From a virus (Duplodnaviria > Caudoviricetes), in IMG/VR virus record IMGVR_UViG_3300021495_000006, positions 1 to 55,626 of that record: DNA of 55,626 nucleotides. One strand, 5' to 3'. The position numbers and the translations under genes are program-made. Below, in pieces: positions 25,275 to 35,703 of the stretch. Position 1 is the stretch's first letter. Each line of letters begins with the position of its first letter. Below the pieces are notes generated by a model. That model was given only the letters and a program-made list of their open reading frames with translations. It was not told the origin of the DNA and made no database searches.

Positions 25275-27119
25275 CTAGAAGGTTAGGTAACTGCCGTCTA
25301 TATAGAGATTACCTGTGTCTGTGAGGTACATCCTGAGTGCACCCCCGATATAGAACTTATAGTAGTTGCTGGAGGCATCATATACAATATAATCGCCGCT
25401 GTCGAATTCGATGATACGGTCGCCTCGTATTTTGACTTGCCCCGCATCATCCAAGCGCACCATCACGTTGTCGCTTGCATCCAGCACGTCTAAATCGTCA
25501 TCATGGATAAAGACGCCTCCGTCGTTATGCACCAGAAACTTAGTAGCCCCCGATGCCTCCTTAATGTGGATAGCATAAGCATCGGGGTCGGTATCATCGT
25601 AGGGCTGGATGACCAGTGCCTCGTGATTAGGGCCATGAGGACACAACACCAACTGTGCACCCGAAGAGCCTATGTCTGTACTCCCAGTATAAATCTTGAT
25701 GCCCACACCAACCGTGCTGTCACACTGCTTGATTAGGACACCCCAGCCATTCTTGAACACATCAATGCCCAAGCCGCCAGGGTTTTCCCCTGCCGCCGAC
25801 TGGCTGCCGACATCACAATAGATGCTGTCCCCCTTACCTTTGTTTCTTACCCAAATGCCGGCGCCATAGTCGGTTTGGGCCTTTGTGGTGACAAAAAGGC
25901 CAGCCGAATACACGTCCTGATAAGTGGACCACTGATGGTCAATGTGGATGCCCTTATGAACATCAGTATCATTAGCTGTGTGGTCAGGAACGGTGACTAG
26001 AATGGCAGGTTGCATCTCGTTGGTAGTAGTATTTAAGCTGAGGACAGGCCCACCTGAGTTGTTAGCAGTACCGGAAATGGTGACCCCTGTTGCGATGGTA
26101 TCATCGGCATCCGAGCGCAAAAATTGCCCACTGGTTAAGCCCCCCAGCTTGGCGGCATTAAAGCCAATCCCTGTGGCGTCTATGTTGTGGGCCAGCTTAT
26201 CCACCGTCACCGCGTCGTCGGCCAACCCAGCAGTTGGGATGGGGTAGGCGTGATGGTCACTGGCCCCAACGCCACCTAAATCGCCATGTTGCAGTTGGGC
26301 GGCATCAAAGTTGGTGCCATCGGCTCTAAGAACATAGCCCGCCGTGTAGGATACCGAGCCCACATCGGATAAGCCCGAAAGTTGTGTAACCACTGGCCCC
26401 GGCTCCCATTGGGAAGCACCATCATTCCACTTTAATGCGTAGCCATCGGTGGGAGTTGCGGCGGATATGGCCCAGCCCTGTAACTTGTCGGCGTTCCATT
26501 GGGCTGTGTCCTTTCCAACTTGCGCAGCCGTCACGTTGTGGGGATTGTTAGTAAGTGATGAATGGCTCTCTCCTATTGTGATTTTGTTATTGGCATCATC
26601 GGGCGTTATAGTGATTGCGTTGCTGGCTACGAAGTCTATATCGCCCCCAGCGTTGCTCACACCATCTACTGAGACGAGGGCACCGACTTGCGCTGCGGTG
26701 ACCGAATGTGGGTTGTTGGTCAATGATGAGTGACTTTCCCCAATGGTGATTTTGTTCTCAGTATCATCGGGGGTAATGCTGATGGCGTCACTTGCCACTA
26801 AGTCAATGCCGCCCCCCGCATTGCTTACACCGTCTACCGAGACCAGCGCACCAATCTGCGCGGCGGTCACACTGTGGGGGTTGTTGGTGGCAGCAATATG
26901 ATTGTCAATGTCCGCATGAGTATTCGTCCCAATGTCCGCCAATAGGGTGTGGCTGACTAAGCTAGGCTCAAAGTTGAATATCCGGTTGGCGGATAAATCC
27001 CCGCCGCCCGACAGATATGAGCCAGCAGTTAGGGTCAACGTCGGGTCAAACTTGGGAAATTCTATCCACCCTGTATTTGTCTCATTACGAATTTTCAACG
27101 TGGTCATGTTTCTACCCAA
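25275..27119 (-). CDS. Tail fibre protein with internal repeats
   Basis: NNPHxVTAAQxG three times, ~56-aa tandem repeat, NADKLQG motif, Gly/Thr/Asp-rich. Confidence 0.75.
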   Translation of the reverse strand: MGRNMTTLKIRNETNTGWIEFPKFDPTLTLTAGSYLSGGGDLSANRIFNFEPSLVSHTLLADIGTNTHADIDNHIAATNNPHSVTAAQIGALVSVDGVSNAGGGIDLVASDAISITPDDTENKITIGESHSSLTNNPHSVTAAQVGALVSVDGVSNAGGDIDFVASNAITITPDDANNKITIGESHSSLTNNPHNVTAAQVGKDTAQWNADKLQGWAISAATPTDGYALKWNDGASQWEPGPVVTQLSGLSDVGSVSYTAGYVLRADGTNFDAAQLQHGDLGGVGASDHHAYPIPTAGLADDAVTVDKLAHNIDATGIGFNAAKLGGLTSGQFLRSDADDTIATGVTISGTANNSGGPVLSLNTTTNEMQPAILVTVPDHTANDTDVHKGIHIDHQWSTYQDVYSAGLFVTTKAQTDYGAGIWVRNKGKGDSIYCDVGSQSAAGENPGGLGIDVFKNGWGVLIKQCDSTVGVGIKIYTGSTDIGSSGAQLVLCPHGPNHEALVIQPYDDTDPDAYAIHIKEASGATKFLVHNDGGVFIHDDDLDVLDASDNVMVRLDDAGQVKIRGDRIIEFDSGDYIVYDASSNYYKFYIGGALRMYLTDTGNLYIDGSYLTF

Positions 27120-27670
27120 ATCATCCCGCTGATTGGATTGGTCGGTTCATCAGGCCCCACATAAGCCGCCCCCGTGGGATACAACGGCACCCACACCGGG
27201 CCTACTTGCACTAATACCATCTGGTAAGGCGGCATTAAGGGCCCACGGAGGAAAGCACTGGCATGAGCAGTAGCAGGCCCTACACCGCGTGTATAGCCAG
27301 GGGCATTCCCTGTGGCCGTCCCATAAGGGCCCCGCACATAAGCTGCGCAATGGGTTGTACTGAGAAGGTGCCCGACAAGATAGGCGGCCAGATTATCACC
27401 TTGGCTGGCAAGGCCCCGCGCATAGCCAGCCTGCGAATCTGAAGCCTGCGCCAGGCCCCGGATATATGCCTCAAAAGTATCACTCGCACTGACATGGCCG
27501 CGCGCATAAGCCCCCTTATTCGTTTGGGCGCTAGCAAGGCCACGCAGATAGCCGGTAGCGCTGGCCGCTCCAATGGCCAAGCCTCGGAGATAAGCATCGG
27601 CGCTGGTGGAAGTTTGCGTTGCCCCCCAGCCGCCCCATTTCCGTTCACCCCAGCGATACCGGCCCCACAT
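27104..27670 (-). CDS. Structural protein with AYxRG repeats
   Basis: About nine (A/G)Y(L/I/A)RG-type repeats; WG-rich N-terminus. Confidence 0.6.
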   Translation of the reverse strand: MWGRYRWGERKWGGWGATQTSTSADAYLRGLAIGAASATGYLRGLASAQTNKGAYARGHVSASDTFEAYIRGLAQASDSQAGYARGLASQGDNLAAYLVGHLLSTTHCAAYVRGPYGTATGNAPGYTRGVGPATAHASAFLRGPLMPPYQMVLVQVGPVWVPLYPTGAAYVGPDEPTNPISGMIWVET

Positions 27671-27673
27671 CTA

Positions 27674-29131
27674 TCAGGCTCCTTGCGCTGCTAATTTCGC
27701 CTCCAACTGTGCGACCTTCGCTTCCAGCTCGGCGATTCTTTGCCTTGCTGCCTCAGCCCAGAGCGCCACGCCCATAGCGATCTTCGTCGGATCGCGGCCC
27801 CAGCGCTCCTTCTCGTCGGCGCGGCCCTTGAGACCGTGTTGCTTGGCGACTTGCTCCCAGTGGTTGATGCACGCGAGGCGCTTGGTGAGGCGTTGCTTGT
27901 CCTGCTTACGGGCTTGCAGAGTCTCTTGTAGAGAGATAAGTCGCTCTTCCAGCTCGGCCTTACGCTCCGAATCAGGTTCTTTCGCTATTTCCTTCTCAAG
28001 TTGAGCAATCTCGCCCTCAATTTTCTCAATGCGCTGGGCAGTTTCTGCAAGTTGGGCCTGGGCTTCATTCTTCTTTACGGCTAATTCTGTCAAGTCGGCG
28101 AAGGGGAAAAGTCCTTTATAGGGCTTGTGCGGCTTTTTGGCACTCGCCAGCGCTTGGTCGAGTGCTTCGTCGGGATCGCCCGATAGCACCGGCGAGAAAG
28201 TCGTGAAGCCAATGTCGCTGAACGCTTCCCCGTCGGCTTCGACCCTGAATTTTACAGTATCAGCAGTAGTGACATCGCTTTCCACTTTAAGAACTACGTC
28301 AGTGGCTGTGGTGGTCTCTGTATCTATATGGAGTCTGCAATCTGGATTTGACTTTCCTATACCAATGTTGCCTCCATCATCAATGCATAGCGCTACTGAG
28401 GCGTCGCTCACTTCCACAATAATTTTCGACCAAGCTGCCCCCCCAAAATGGAGCTGCCAATCGCTCACTAGTGTGGCGAAGCTCCGAGCCACACCATCGC
28501 TTTGTAGTAAATAATACCCTTCATAATTCGTTCCCGACCCCGCCACGATATTACCATATACATGACATAGCCCCTTCGGTTGCAGCGTCTTTATGCCGAC
28601 AAGGCCGCCATCCTGGACAAAGATGCCGTTCCCGCCATCATCATAGAGCTTGAGGCCATCAGCATCCCGCGCCCGTATCTCGTCAGTTGCGATGTATTTG
28701 CCATCGCCTTGGGTGATGTTGCCGGTCACGGTCATGTCGTCGTGCGTGCCATCGGCGTTATGCTCGGACATGAGCTGTTTGATGTAGGCGGCGAGAAGGT
28801 CGTGGTAATAAGACGCATCCACGACCCACACAGCATCACCGGAAGACGCAGCCACAGCGCTGGTCGAGCCGAAGCCGCGCTCCTTGACGGTAACCCCAAC
28901 GGGCGAAGTACTGATACCTTCATATCGTATGATTTCTTCTGTGGTTTTGACCAGCAAAAATCCATTAGTGGGTAGATTGGTGGTAGAGGTCAGTTCCAAC
29001 ACTTCGCCCACGCCGGGGCTGGTGTCCGTGATGTCGGTAGCCAGCGTAGTTTCCGTCAAATCACCAGTACCCACCTCGTAAAGATCGGCATCAGTTGGAC
29101 TATCTTTGACATCACTAACAGGTAAACTCAT
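27674..29131 (-). CDS. Tail fibre with C-terminal coiled-coil (chaperone-like) region
   Basis: GLVGIKTLQP / GNIGIGKSNP fibre motifs; ends RIAELEAKVAQLE. Confidence 0.7.
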   Translation of the reverse strand: MSLPVSDVKDSPTDADLYEVGTGDLTETTLATDITDTSPGVGEVLELTSTTNLPTNGFLLVKTTEEIIRYEGISTSPVGVTVKERGFGSTSAVAASSGDAVWVVDASYYHDLLAAYIKQLMSEHNADGTHDDMTVTGNITQGDGKYIATDEIRARDADGLKLYDDGGNGIFVQDGGLVGIKTLQPKGLCHVYGNIVAGSGTNYEGYYLLQSDGVARSFATLVSDWQLHFGGAAWSKIIVEVSDASVALCIDDGGNIGIGKSNPDCRLHIDTETTTATDVVLKVESDVTTADTVKFRVEADGEAFSDIGFTTFSPVLSGDPDEALDQALASAKKPHKPYKGLFPFADLTELAVKKNEAQAQLAETAQRIEKIEGEIAQLEKEIAKEPDSERKAELEERLISLQETLQARKQDKQRLTKRLACINHWEQVAKQHGLKGRADEKERWGRDPTKIAMGVALWAEAARQRIAELEAKVAQLEAKLAAQGA

Positions 29132-29184
29132 TACAACCCCCTATTATTTGCAGTTTGATTCCTATGCCCAAGACGCGCCGCGCA

Positions 29185-29517
29185 TTAGGCCCTGCGGACT
29201 TCTTGCCAGCAATCGCCTTGTTCATTCACCCACAGGATATAGACAGTATCGCCCACTACCGAGCCTATGCCTCGCAGGAAGCCCCGTTGCTTGCCGTATA
29301 GTGACATACTTGTCCGATGGGCTTGGAAGTAGGCATCGGCGTGGGGGATGCAACAGTATGTGCGTCCCCGCACTTGCAAGCGGAGTTGTGTTACCGCCAG
29401 GCCCTCCTCCTCCAATCGCTGAAGTAGCCGCAACCAGGGGCTAGGCTGGCCCGGTATCCACTCCTCAAAGACCGTCTCTCCATTATCGAGACTGGCGATC
29501 CATCCCTCGAATGCCAT
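29185..29517 (-). CDS. Hypothetical protein
   Basis: MAFEGWIASLDNGETVFE start just after the previous stop. Confidence 0.6.
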   Translation of the reverse strand: MAFEGWIASLDNGETVFEEWIPGQPSPWLRLLQRLEEEGLAVTQLRLQVRGRTYCCIPHADAYFQAHRTSMSLYGKQRGFLRGIGSVVGDTVYILWVNEQGDCWQEVRRA

Positions 29518-29519
29518 TA

Positions 29520-30128
29520 TTAGTAGTACTCCAGCGTGATACCCAAGTCGAAGTTGCCCTTGGCTCCTGCACTCTCTGGGGAAGCAGAAATGCCGATATA
29601 CCAATGATGGTGCGTGGTGGCCGAGCTATATGCCTGTAGCTCCAACCGGTCACTGGCATTGTTGCCCCCCACGTTGTCCGAATAGTCGTTGATTTTCTTC
29701 CACGTGGTGGCTCCAGTTTCAGTCTGGGTCTTGTAGAAGGCCCATACCTCCACACCTTCGGCAGGGCTGGCCGCCGTGGTGCCGTTGTAGGTGTAGAAGT
29801 AGACGTTTTGTGTGGCCACGTCCGAGGCGTGGTCGAATTCAATATGTATCGGCAGGTGACCTGTGTAAGGCGTGCCCGCCCCCATAGTCACCACGGAGCC
29901 GTCAAGAATGACCTTATTGGAGCCTTCCGAAGCAGCATACTTGGTGTTGTAAGGATGACTCGCCGTGCATACCTCGGAAACTCCATCGCCGGTGTCAATG
30001 TGAATGCTGTCTTGGAATGTCCCTGCCGTGATGGTGTCGCCATAGTTTGAGCCGAAGAAACCCAAGGTGTTGCTCCCTAAGTCATACGTGGTAGCAGATG
30101 CCTGAATGTGCCAAGTGAAATTCGCCAA
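29520..30128 (-). CDS. Virion structural protein
   Basis: GGAGG RBS; Thr/Gly-rich beta protein in the tail module. Confidence 0.6.
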   Translation of the reverse strand: MANFTWHIQASATTYDLGSNTLGFFGSNYGDTITAGTFQDSIHIDTGDGVSEVCTASHPYNTKYAASEGSNKVILDGSVVTMGAGTPYTGHLPIHIEFDHASDVATQNVYFYTYNGTTAASPAEGVEVWAFYKTQTETGATTWKKINDYSDNVGGNNASDRLELQAYSSATTHHHWYIGISASPESAGAKGNFDLGITLEYY

Positions 30129-30140
30129 TTTCCCTCCCTC

Positions 30141-30830
30141 CTAACTGCGCGTCGCGCTTGTTATTCTATCCTGTGTATCCCGGCTCACCGTCCAAGTAAG
30201 GATGGTGTTACCGGTTGGATATTCTTCTGTGACTTTTGCCAGTAAATCGCCGCTGTAGGCGAAGGTCCGCTTGTGATAGTTGTTCCCCGCTATGTGTGTG
30301 GTGATCTCCGACACGCGGCCCTGGCCATCATAGCTAATCGAAGTAGTCCCCACTTGGGCCGTGGGATGTAGTTGCGCATCCCGACAGGGGAATATCCATG
30401 CCTGACATTCGGTAGTCCCTCCTACCGTTACCAGGCCAAAAGCCCCCGGCGGGGCAACGGCACCAGAGACAGGATGGGCCTTGCCCGCTGTGCTGGAGGT
30501 AATTAGCCAATCCCCCCGATTGGCTACACTGTCTACCTGCACTTTGGGGCATAGGCCGTTATAGCGAATCCAGCCCTGGTCGCCGTCGGCGATAGTTTGA
30601 GTGGCCGCCTCCCTAGGAGCGGCCACCACACCGCAAACCCCCAAGTCGCCCTCCGTGGTCGTGGTGGTGAAAGCATCATCCGCGCTGGTGTCCCACACCA
30701 CCACAGCACCCGTGGACAACGCCCCGCCGCTGTTATTGGTCAGCCAGTGGAACCGCGCCTCGTCCACATCATAGTGGTAAACAACTTGTGCTGTTTCTAC
30801 AAAGCCACTCTTGCCTTTAGCCATAATCAC
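30141..30830 (-). CDS. Capsid-cement/decoration-like structural protein
   Basis: GAVVV..., GDWLITSSTAGKA motif; C-terminal YD-like strands. Confidence 0.55.
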   Translation of the reverse strand: MIMAKGKSGFVETAQVVYHYDVDEARFHWLTNNSGGALSTGAVVVWDTSADDAFTTTTTEGDLGVCGVVAAPREAATQTIADGDQGWIRYNGLCPKVQVDSVANRGDWLITSSTAGKAHPVSGAVAPPGAFGLVTVGGTTECQAWIFPCRDAQLHPTAQVGTTSISYDGQGRVSEITTHIAGNNYHKRTFAYSGDLLAKVTEEYPTGNTILTWTVSRDTQDRITSATRS

Positions 30831-31333
30831 ATATATTGCATCAACTCATAAGCCGAAACGTCATATCGCGGGTCGGGAGCCTGCGTCGTGATAGCATGTT
30901 TCTCCTCTATCTGACAATAATACAATGGGACGGCCAATAGCTGATCTCTCCACATCTCTATCATCCGCAGTTGCATGATGGGCTCCTGTCCCCTTGGCCC
31001 CCTGTGGGCAATATGCGTAGCAATGCGCTCGATGTAAACCCAATGCTTATTGCCATGCTGGTCATAGTAGAAGGCCGGTTCGATGTCTTCGCCGACGTTG
31101 TATAAGAATTCCGCTTGCTCCCGCCAGCCCGTGGGTGTACCCCAATCTTCGGGCTTGGCTTCCATGAACGTCAGCTCCGCAATGTCGCCTTCGCCCGGCC
31201 CTTTATGGGGCGATTCATACCGCACCCGCGCCAAGTAGACGACATGCGTCGCTGCGCCATCGGTGTATATCAGCGGTAAATTGTCCTCGGTGCAAGCCTT
31301 AAGAAAGTCAACTTGCTCTTTTACAGTCGTCAT
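30827..31333 (-). CDS. Tail protein with two tandem domains (paralog of 24455-24952)
   Basis: Repeated FL...ED..P..Y.D...H.VY pattern. Confidence 0.65.
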   Translation of the reverse strand: MTTVKEQVDFLKACTEDNLPLIYTDGAATHVVYLARVRYESPHKGPGEGDIAELTFMEAKPEDWGTPTGWREQAEFLYNVGEDIEPAFYYDQHGNKHWVYIERIATHIAHRGPRGQEPIMQLRMIEMWRDQLLAVPLYYCQIEEKHAITTQAPDPRYDVSAYELMQYM

Positions 31334-32886
31334 GATAGCGGTATCGGCTCACCAAGCCGAATGTTCACGACATAAGCATAGACAGCGCTCGGCCTTGGCA
31401 GCCACATACAGGTGAAGTGTCTGAGCATAGGCGTCAGCGAAGGCGTCGCCGTGGAGAGCACTAGCTTAAACTGGATGTCACTCTGTACCTCCAAAGCTCC
31501 TGCTAAGGGAGCCAGCGATAACTCCTCCTGTGGGCTGGATGTTACATCACCCACTTCCGTCCAGCTTGTCTCCCCGTCCTTGCGGTAGTAGATGGTTATC
31601 TTCTGAGCACTCGAACAGTCCCGCGTGTGCAGGATGACGCTCTTCACGGCCTTGGGCGTTTGCGGCATGTTGCCGTCAAAGCGGGGTGTGATGATATGCC
31701 CTGAACTCCCAAAGGTGGGATAGGGCATGTCGCTCATGCTCACCAGTTGCCTATAACGCGTATCACCGTCGTTGATAATCAGCCAATCCAACTCTGGACT
31801 GTATCCCAAGCCGTGGAAAGGCCTCCCCGAAGCCCCTTTCCAAATGGGATGCCAACCCACACCTGTATAGGCCAGCACACAGGGATAGTCGTTTTCGGCC
31901 AAGTCGAACCCCACATAGAGCGCCGATGGCGAAGCCACAAACGCCTTTGGGATGCCGTAACCGTAGCTCTCTTTGGTCAAGTCCCCATACATCTCTGGCG
32001 TGATGTCCACAATGGCCGTCTCGCTGAACTTGTAAATCCGCCGCAGGATGTTGAAATAGAGATAACCTTCCCATTCGGCCATTTGGGCAAAGTTGCCGCT
32101 CCACAGCCGATTGCGGCAGTCAATCATCTGCACGACATCGCTGCCATCGTAATAGTAAAGGCCATCCTCTTTGCCGATGTAGAGCTTCTGTGCAAACGGG
32201 TGCATACTGGTGATGGTCGTGGACGAATCGCCCACAGCAATGGCAGAGCTCCAGGTTGACCCCGCCGTCTCTGTGTAGAATATCTCGTGGCCTTTAGAGC
32301 CCCACAACTTTTCATCCCATACAGCCCAATGTGAGCGCGGCACAGTCACGTCAAACCACGACCCCGCAGTGTTGCATTTCCATGCACTAGTGCTATCGCC
32401 ATAGGCGACGAATAATTCATCGCCCCAGACTATCAGGTCGGTCGGTGCCACATTGCCACTTGACCCCGACCAACCAACACCATCCTCATACCAGCGCAAC
32501 TGCCCCGTCCCGACAGTGCGCATGTAAATCTTACCGGCAAAGTCCACCGGTTGCGCAGCGGCAATGTCTGGGTCGGTCACCGTCACAGCCGTCGCCAACA
32601 TCACTCGGCCGTCAATCCGCGTCTCAACCCCCTCGGCCTCATAAAAGCGCGTCTTCTCTGAGCTATCCCATATCTCCTGGCCTAAGCCACCCGACCAGTC
32701 GGATTGAGTCCATGGGCGCCATACCCCGCTGCTATATTGCGGTTCACCTGTGGTGCTGATCACAGGGGCCCAATCGTTCACACGTTCTTTTCGATCGCTA
32801 CCCTTAACGATCATAAAACCGAGTCGCTCGCCGTTGGCTCTCTCAATGGCTATATCATAGAGCTGCCCATCCACCCACACGCCCAT
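31330..32886 (-). CDS. Putative tail nozzle / beta-propeller protein
   Basis: WTQSDWSGGLGQ motif, repeated beta-blade patterns; position after the adaptor. Confidence 0.65.
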   Translation of the reverse strand: MGVWVDGQLYDIAIERANGERLGFMIVKGSDRKERVNDWAPVISTTGEPQYSSGVWRPWTQSDWSGGLGQEIWDSSEKTRFYEAEGVETRIDGRVMLATAVTVTDPDIAAAQPVDFAGKIYMRTVGTGQLRWYEDGVGWSGSSGNVAPTDLIVWGDELFVAYGDSTSAWKCNTAGSWFDVTVPRSHWAVWDEKLWGSKGHEIFYTETAGSTWSSAIAVGDSSTTITSMHPFAQKLYIGKEDGLYYYDGSDVVQMIDCRNRLWSGNFAQMAEWEGYLYFNILRRIYKFSETAIVDITPEMYGDLTKESYGYGIPKAFVASPSALYVGFDLAENDYPCVLAYTGVGWHPIWKGASGRPFHGLGYSPELDWLIINDGDTRYRQLVSMSDMPYPTFGSSGHIITPRFDGNMPQTPKAVKSVILHTRDCSSAQKITIYYRKDGETSWTEVGDVTSSPQEELSLAPLAGALEVQSDIQFKLVLSTATPSLTPMLRHFTCMWLPRPSAVYAYVVNIRLGEPIPLS

Positions 32887-32902
32887 ATTCAGCTACCTCG
32901 AC

Positions 32903-32931
32903 TTGACATTTAGTTGATTATGTGATACAAT
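32903..32931 (+). promoter_or_regulatory. sigma70-type promoter for the antisense endonuclease
   Basis: TTGACA-17 bp-TACAAT with extended TG, then AGGAGG. Confidence 0.8.
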
Positions 32932-32954
32932 CATAGAGAAAGGAGGTTGCTATC

Positions 32955-33893
32955 TTGAGACGTAATCCATTAGACAAAGAATTATTGCAAAAGCTTTACC
33001 ACGAACAAGGTTTAACTCAGCAAGCCATTGCCAATCGCTTAGGCGTAAGCCCCTCGCATATCTCGCGTGAAATGAAGCGGCTTGGTATACCCATACGCAC
33101 TCCCTCTGAGTATCATAACCGATACCCCAAATATGATTTTGATGGCACAGACATGGATAAGGCTTACTTGATTGGTTTCCGCACTGGCGATTGGTATGTC
33201 AGGCAAGCCGCCGGTGGCACTAACTTTTGCATATCAGTCTGTAGCAACAAGCCAGCCCAACTCCAACACTTCTATGCCTGCTTCGCTGATTATGGACATA
33301 TCGCAGTCACACAGAACGTAGGGCCACGCCACGATGAAACACGACTACGAGCCTATCTCAATGCTTCTTGGGATTTCCTAGTGCCCAATCCCCACGCTAT
33401 CCCCGATTGGATATTGGCCGACGATGACTTATTCTTATCCTTTTGGGCGGGCTATACCGATGCTGATGGCACTATCGGCTATCGGACTTTTATATACAGA
33501 GGCGTTCCTAAAGTCTCGAAATGGGCACAGTGGAACACCAAGAAAGATAAACAACTACTCCAACAAGGCCGTCAGCGCTTGCATGAAATGGGCTTCCGCC
33601 CTTCCAATATCATGAGCGCGAAACGCCAACCCGATACGCGCCACTTTGGCATCTACAATTACACAGGCCTATACAAGTTTCTTACCGCTATCTTGCCTCT
33701 TCTCCGCCATGCCGACCGCCGCGCACAGGCTATCAAAACGCTAGAATTTGTCAAAGAGCACTATATTCCGCCCGATGCTTCGGGGCAGTATCCTTGCCCC
33801 TATTGCGACTTTGTAGGTACGTCGCCGGGCTCATTACAGGTACATTTATCCCGCTGGTGCCAATACAAGCCTACTCCCACCTCAGAGCAATAG
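32955..33893 (+). CDS. Free-standing double-motif LAGLIDADG endonuclease with N-terminal HTH and C-terminal Zn finger
   Basis: YLIGFRTGD and FWAGYTDADG motifs; LTQQAIANRLGVS HTH; CPYC...H...C. Confidence 0.85.
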   Translation: MRRNPLDKELLQKLYHEQGLTQQAIANRLGVSPSHISREMKRLGIPIRTPSEYHNRYPKYDFDGTDMDKAYLIGFRTGDWYVRQAAGGTNFCISVCSNKPAQLQHFYACFADYGHIAVTQNVGPRHDETRLRAYLNASWDFLVPNPHAIPDWILADDDLFLSFWAGYTDADGTIGYRTFIYRGVPKVSKWAQWNTKKDKQLLQQGRQRLHEMGFRPSNIMSAKRQPDTRHFGIYNYTGLYKFLTAILPLLRHADRRAQAIKTLEFVKEHYIPPDASGQYPCPYCDFVGTSPGSLQVHLSRWCQYKPTPTSEQ

Positions 33894-34479
33894 TGTCGGC
33901 CAATGGCAATGTCTGATGCTTGACTCGCTCACGCTCGGCCTGCTCGAAGAAGTCCGGCGCCTTCTGCCGGAATATCTGCACATCAGTATGGTGTCCTTGA
34001 AGACACTCCATATTTGCAAGTTCCCACAAGGCCCTCGGTAACAAAAACGCCTCCGGCACTTCCGTCTCATCCGAATCGCCGCTTAGCTCAGGATATTGTT
34101 GGTTGTAGTACACCTGGACGATGTAGCCGTCCCGGTTGTCCACAAAGGTCTTATCGAAACAGAGCTCCCAAGTGTCGCCCTCGCGTCGCTTGTACACGCT
34201 GCCACGCAACTGGCGATATACGGGCGTGGCGGTAGCGGAGGTAGCACACCACACCTGCTGCGGCCCCCAAGGAGCGCGGGTCAACGCCGTCAATGTGTAG
34301 ATATAGCTCCCTTCGGCGAGCGTGAACGAAGTCACGGCCACCGTCTTGATGTCTGGCCATGCAGCTTGGATTGCCAGGTTGATAGCGAGGTTCTTCTGCG
34401 CAGCCGTCCAGATATTGTTGCTATTATCGCCCGTAAACGTGTTGATGTCATCACGCAACGCGCTAAGAGTCTTTGCCAT
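33871..34479 (-). CDS. Head-tail adaptor / tail tubular A-like protein
   Basis: MAKTLSALR...NLAINLA, L..DSD..EVP pattern; position. Confidence 0.65.
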   Translation of the reverse strand: MAKTLSALRDDINTFTGDNSNNIWTAAQKNLAINLAIQAAWPDIKTVAVTSFTLAEGSYIYTLTALTRAPWGPQQVWCATSATATPVYRQLRGSVYKRREGDTWELCFDKTFVDNRDGYIVQVYYNQQYPELSGDSDETEVPEAFLLPRALWELANMECLQGHHTDVQIFRQKAPDFFEQAERERVKHQTLPLADTIALRWE

Positions 34480-34590
34480 AATAGCGTCCCCAACTAATCT
34501 CCAGATATGTAGTGCTGAAATCCATCAAGCGGTAAAATCCAATTTCTATCCCCAACCAGTATCCGCCGAAGCGAATCCGCCACACCTTTT

Positions 34591-35703
34591 TCATGCTTTT
34601 TTCTCCGCCAATTTCTCCCGGATGAACGCATCCCAACGCCGCACCACCCTCTCCCAGCTATAAGTCGGGGCTAGCTTTAGCCCCTTCCGGCTGTATTCCT
34701 TCCACAGTTTCTCGTCACGCAAAAACTGCACAATGGTGGCTACCCATTCATCATCATTGATGGGGCGAGGCAACATCGCCGCCGCTTGGCTCCATAGCTC
34801 TGGCAGGCAATCGGCATCGCTGATGATGGCAGGTGTGCCCGCCGCCAGGCATTCTAAAATCGTGATACAGAACCCCTCCGAGGGGATGGGCGGGTCGCAG
34901 GGATAAACTAGCAATTGCGCCTGCATTTGCTCCCTAGCCAAAGTTTTCTGTCCCACTCCGCCCCTAAAGGTAACGCCTGGCTGATTTAAGCGTGTCTTAA
35001 TAAACCACATGTTTTGGGCGGCATAATCCATCGCCCATTTCCGGCCCTCGAAGTTCTTTTCAAATTCATAGAAGATATGGAGCGTGGCTTCTGGCACCTG
35101 CTCCCGTATCCTAGGCCACATCCGTAGTAAATGATGCAATCCCCTATCCGGCGAGCTGCACCATACTATTCGCCCCGGTATACGCTTCTCCCGCTTGGCA
35201 TACCGCGCTAAGTCCACGCCGTTGGGCATGATATAACAACGTTCTGGGAGGATGTGCTCGTTGTATTGGCAAATGCGCCCCTTATGCCATTCGGACTTCG
35301 GCGTATACCAATCAATCTCATGCTGTGGCTTGACCTTGGGATGATTACACTGTAATTCCAGAATCTTGAGATGGGCGCAAGGATGATAGTCGAATATGTC
35401 GGCCCCATCCCAACTTATAAACACATCGTAGCATTCGTGTGGGTTGTATTGCTTGGCACTCACCCACTTCACGCCGTCGTATACGCCCGGTTTGTCCACG
35501 TGACTGTAGAATACGGTGACATTGTATCCCAGCCGCGCCAGGCCCCTGGAGACGTATATCATCGCCGTCTCCGCGCCGCCGAGCATCCTATCCTCATTGA
35601 GAATCTCCGGCGTGAAGGCTCCCCAATAGCCCAATTGCCCGCCCCAAATGGCGAGCTTAATACCCAATTCCGGCTTCTTTGAGGATTTTTTGCCGCGCCT
35701 CAT
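34591..35703 (-). CDS. Glycosyltransferase (GT-B, GT4-like)
   Basis: GGAETA, PNGVD, SSPDRGL, EGFCITILE (EX7E). Confidence 0.85.
   Translation of the reverse strand: MRRGKKSSKKPELGIKLAIWGGQLGYWGAFTPEILNEDRMLGGAETAMIYVSRGLARLGYNVTVFYSHVDKPGVYDGVKWVSAKQYNPHECYDVFISWDGADIFDYHPCAHLKILELQCNHPKVKPQHEIDWYTPKSEWHKGRICQYNEHILPERCYIMPNGVDLARYAKREKRIPGRIVWCSSPDRGLHHLLRMWPRIREQVPEATLHIFYEFEKNFEGRKWAMDYAAQNMWFIKTRLNQPGVTFRGGVGQKTLAREQMQAQLLVYPCDPPIPSEGFCITILECLAAGTPAIISDADCLPELWSQAAAMLPRPINDDEWVATIVQFLRDEKLWKEYSRKGLKLAPTYSWERVVRRWDAFIREKLAEKKA

Noticed and set aside
26500-26900. Diversity-generating retroelement template/variable repeats in the tail fibre
   Set aside because: The repeats are in-frame tandem protein repeats without obvious adenine-specific differences, and there is no reverse transcriptase
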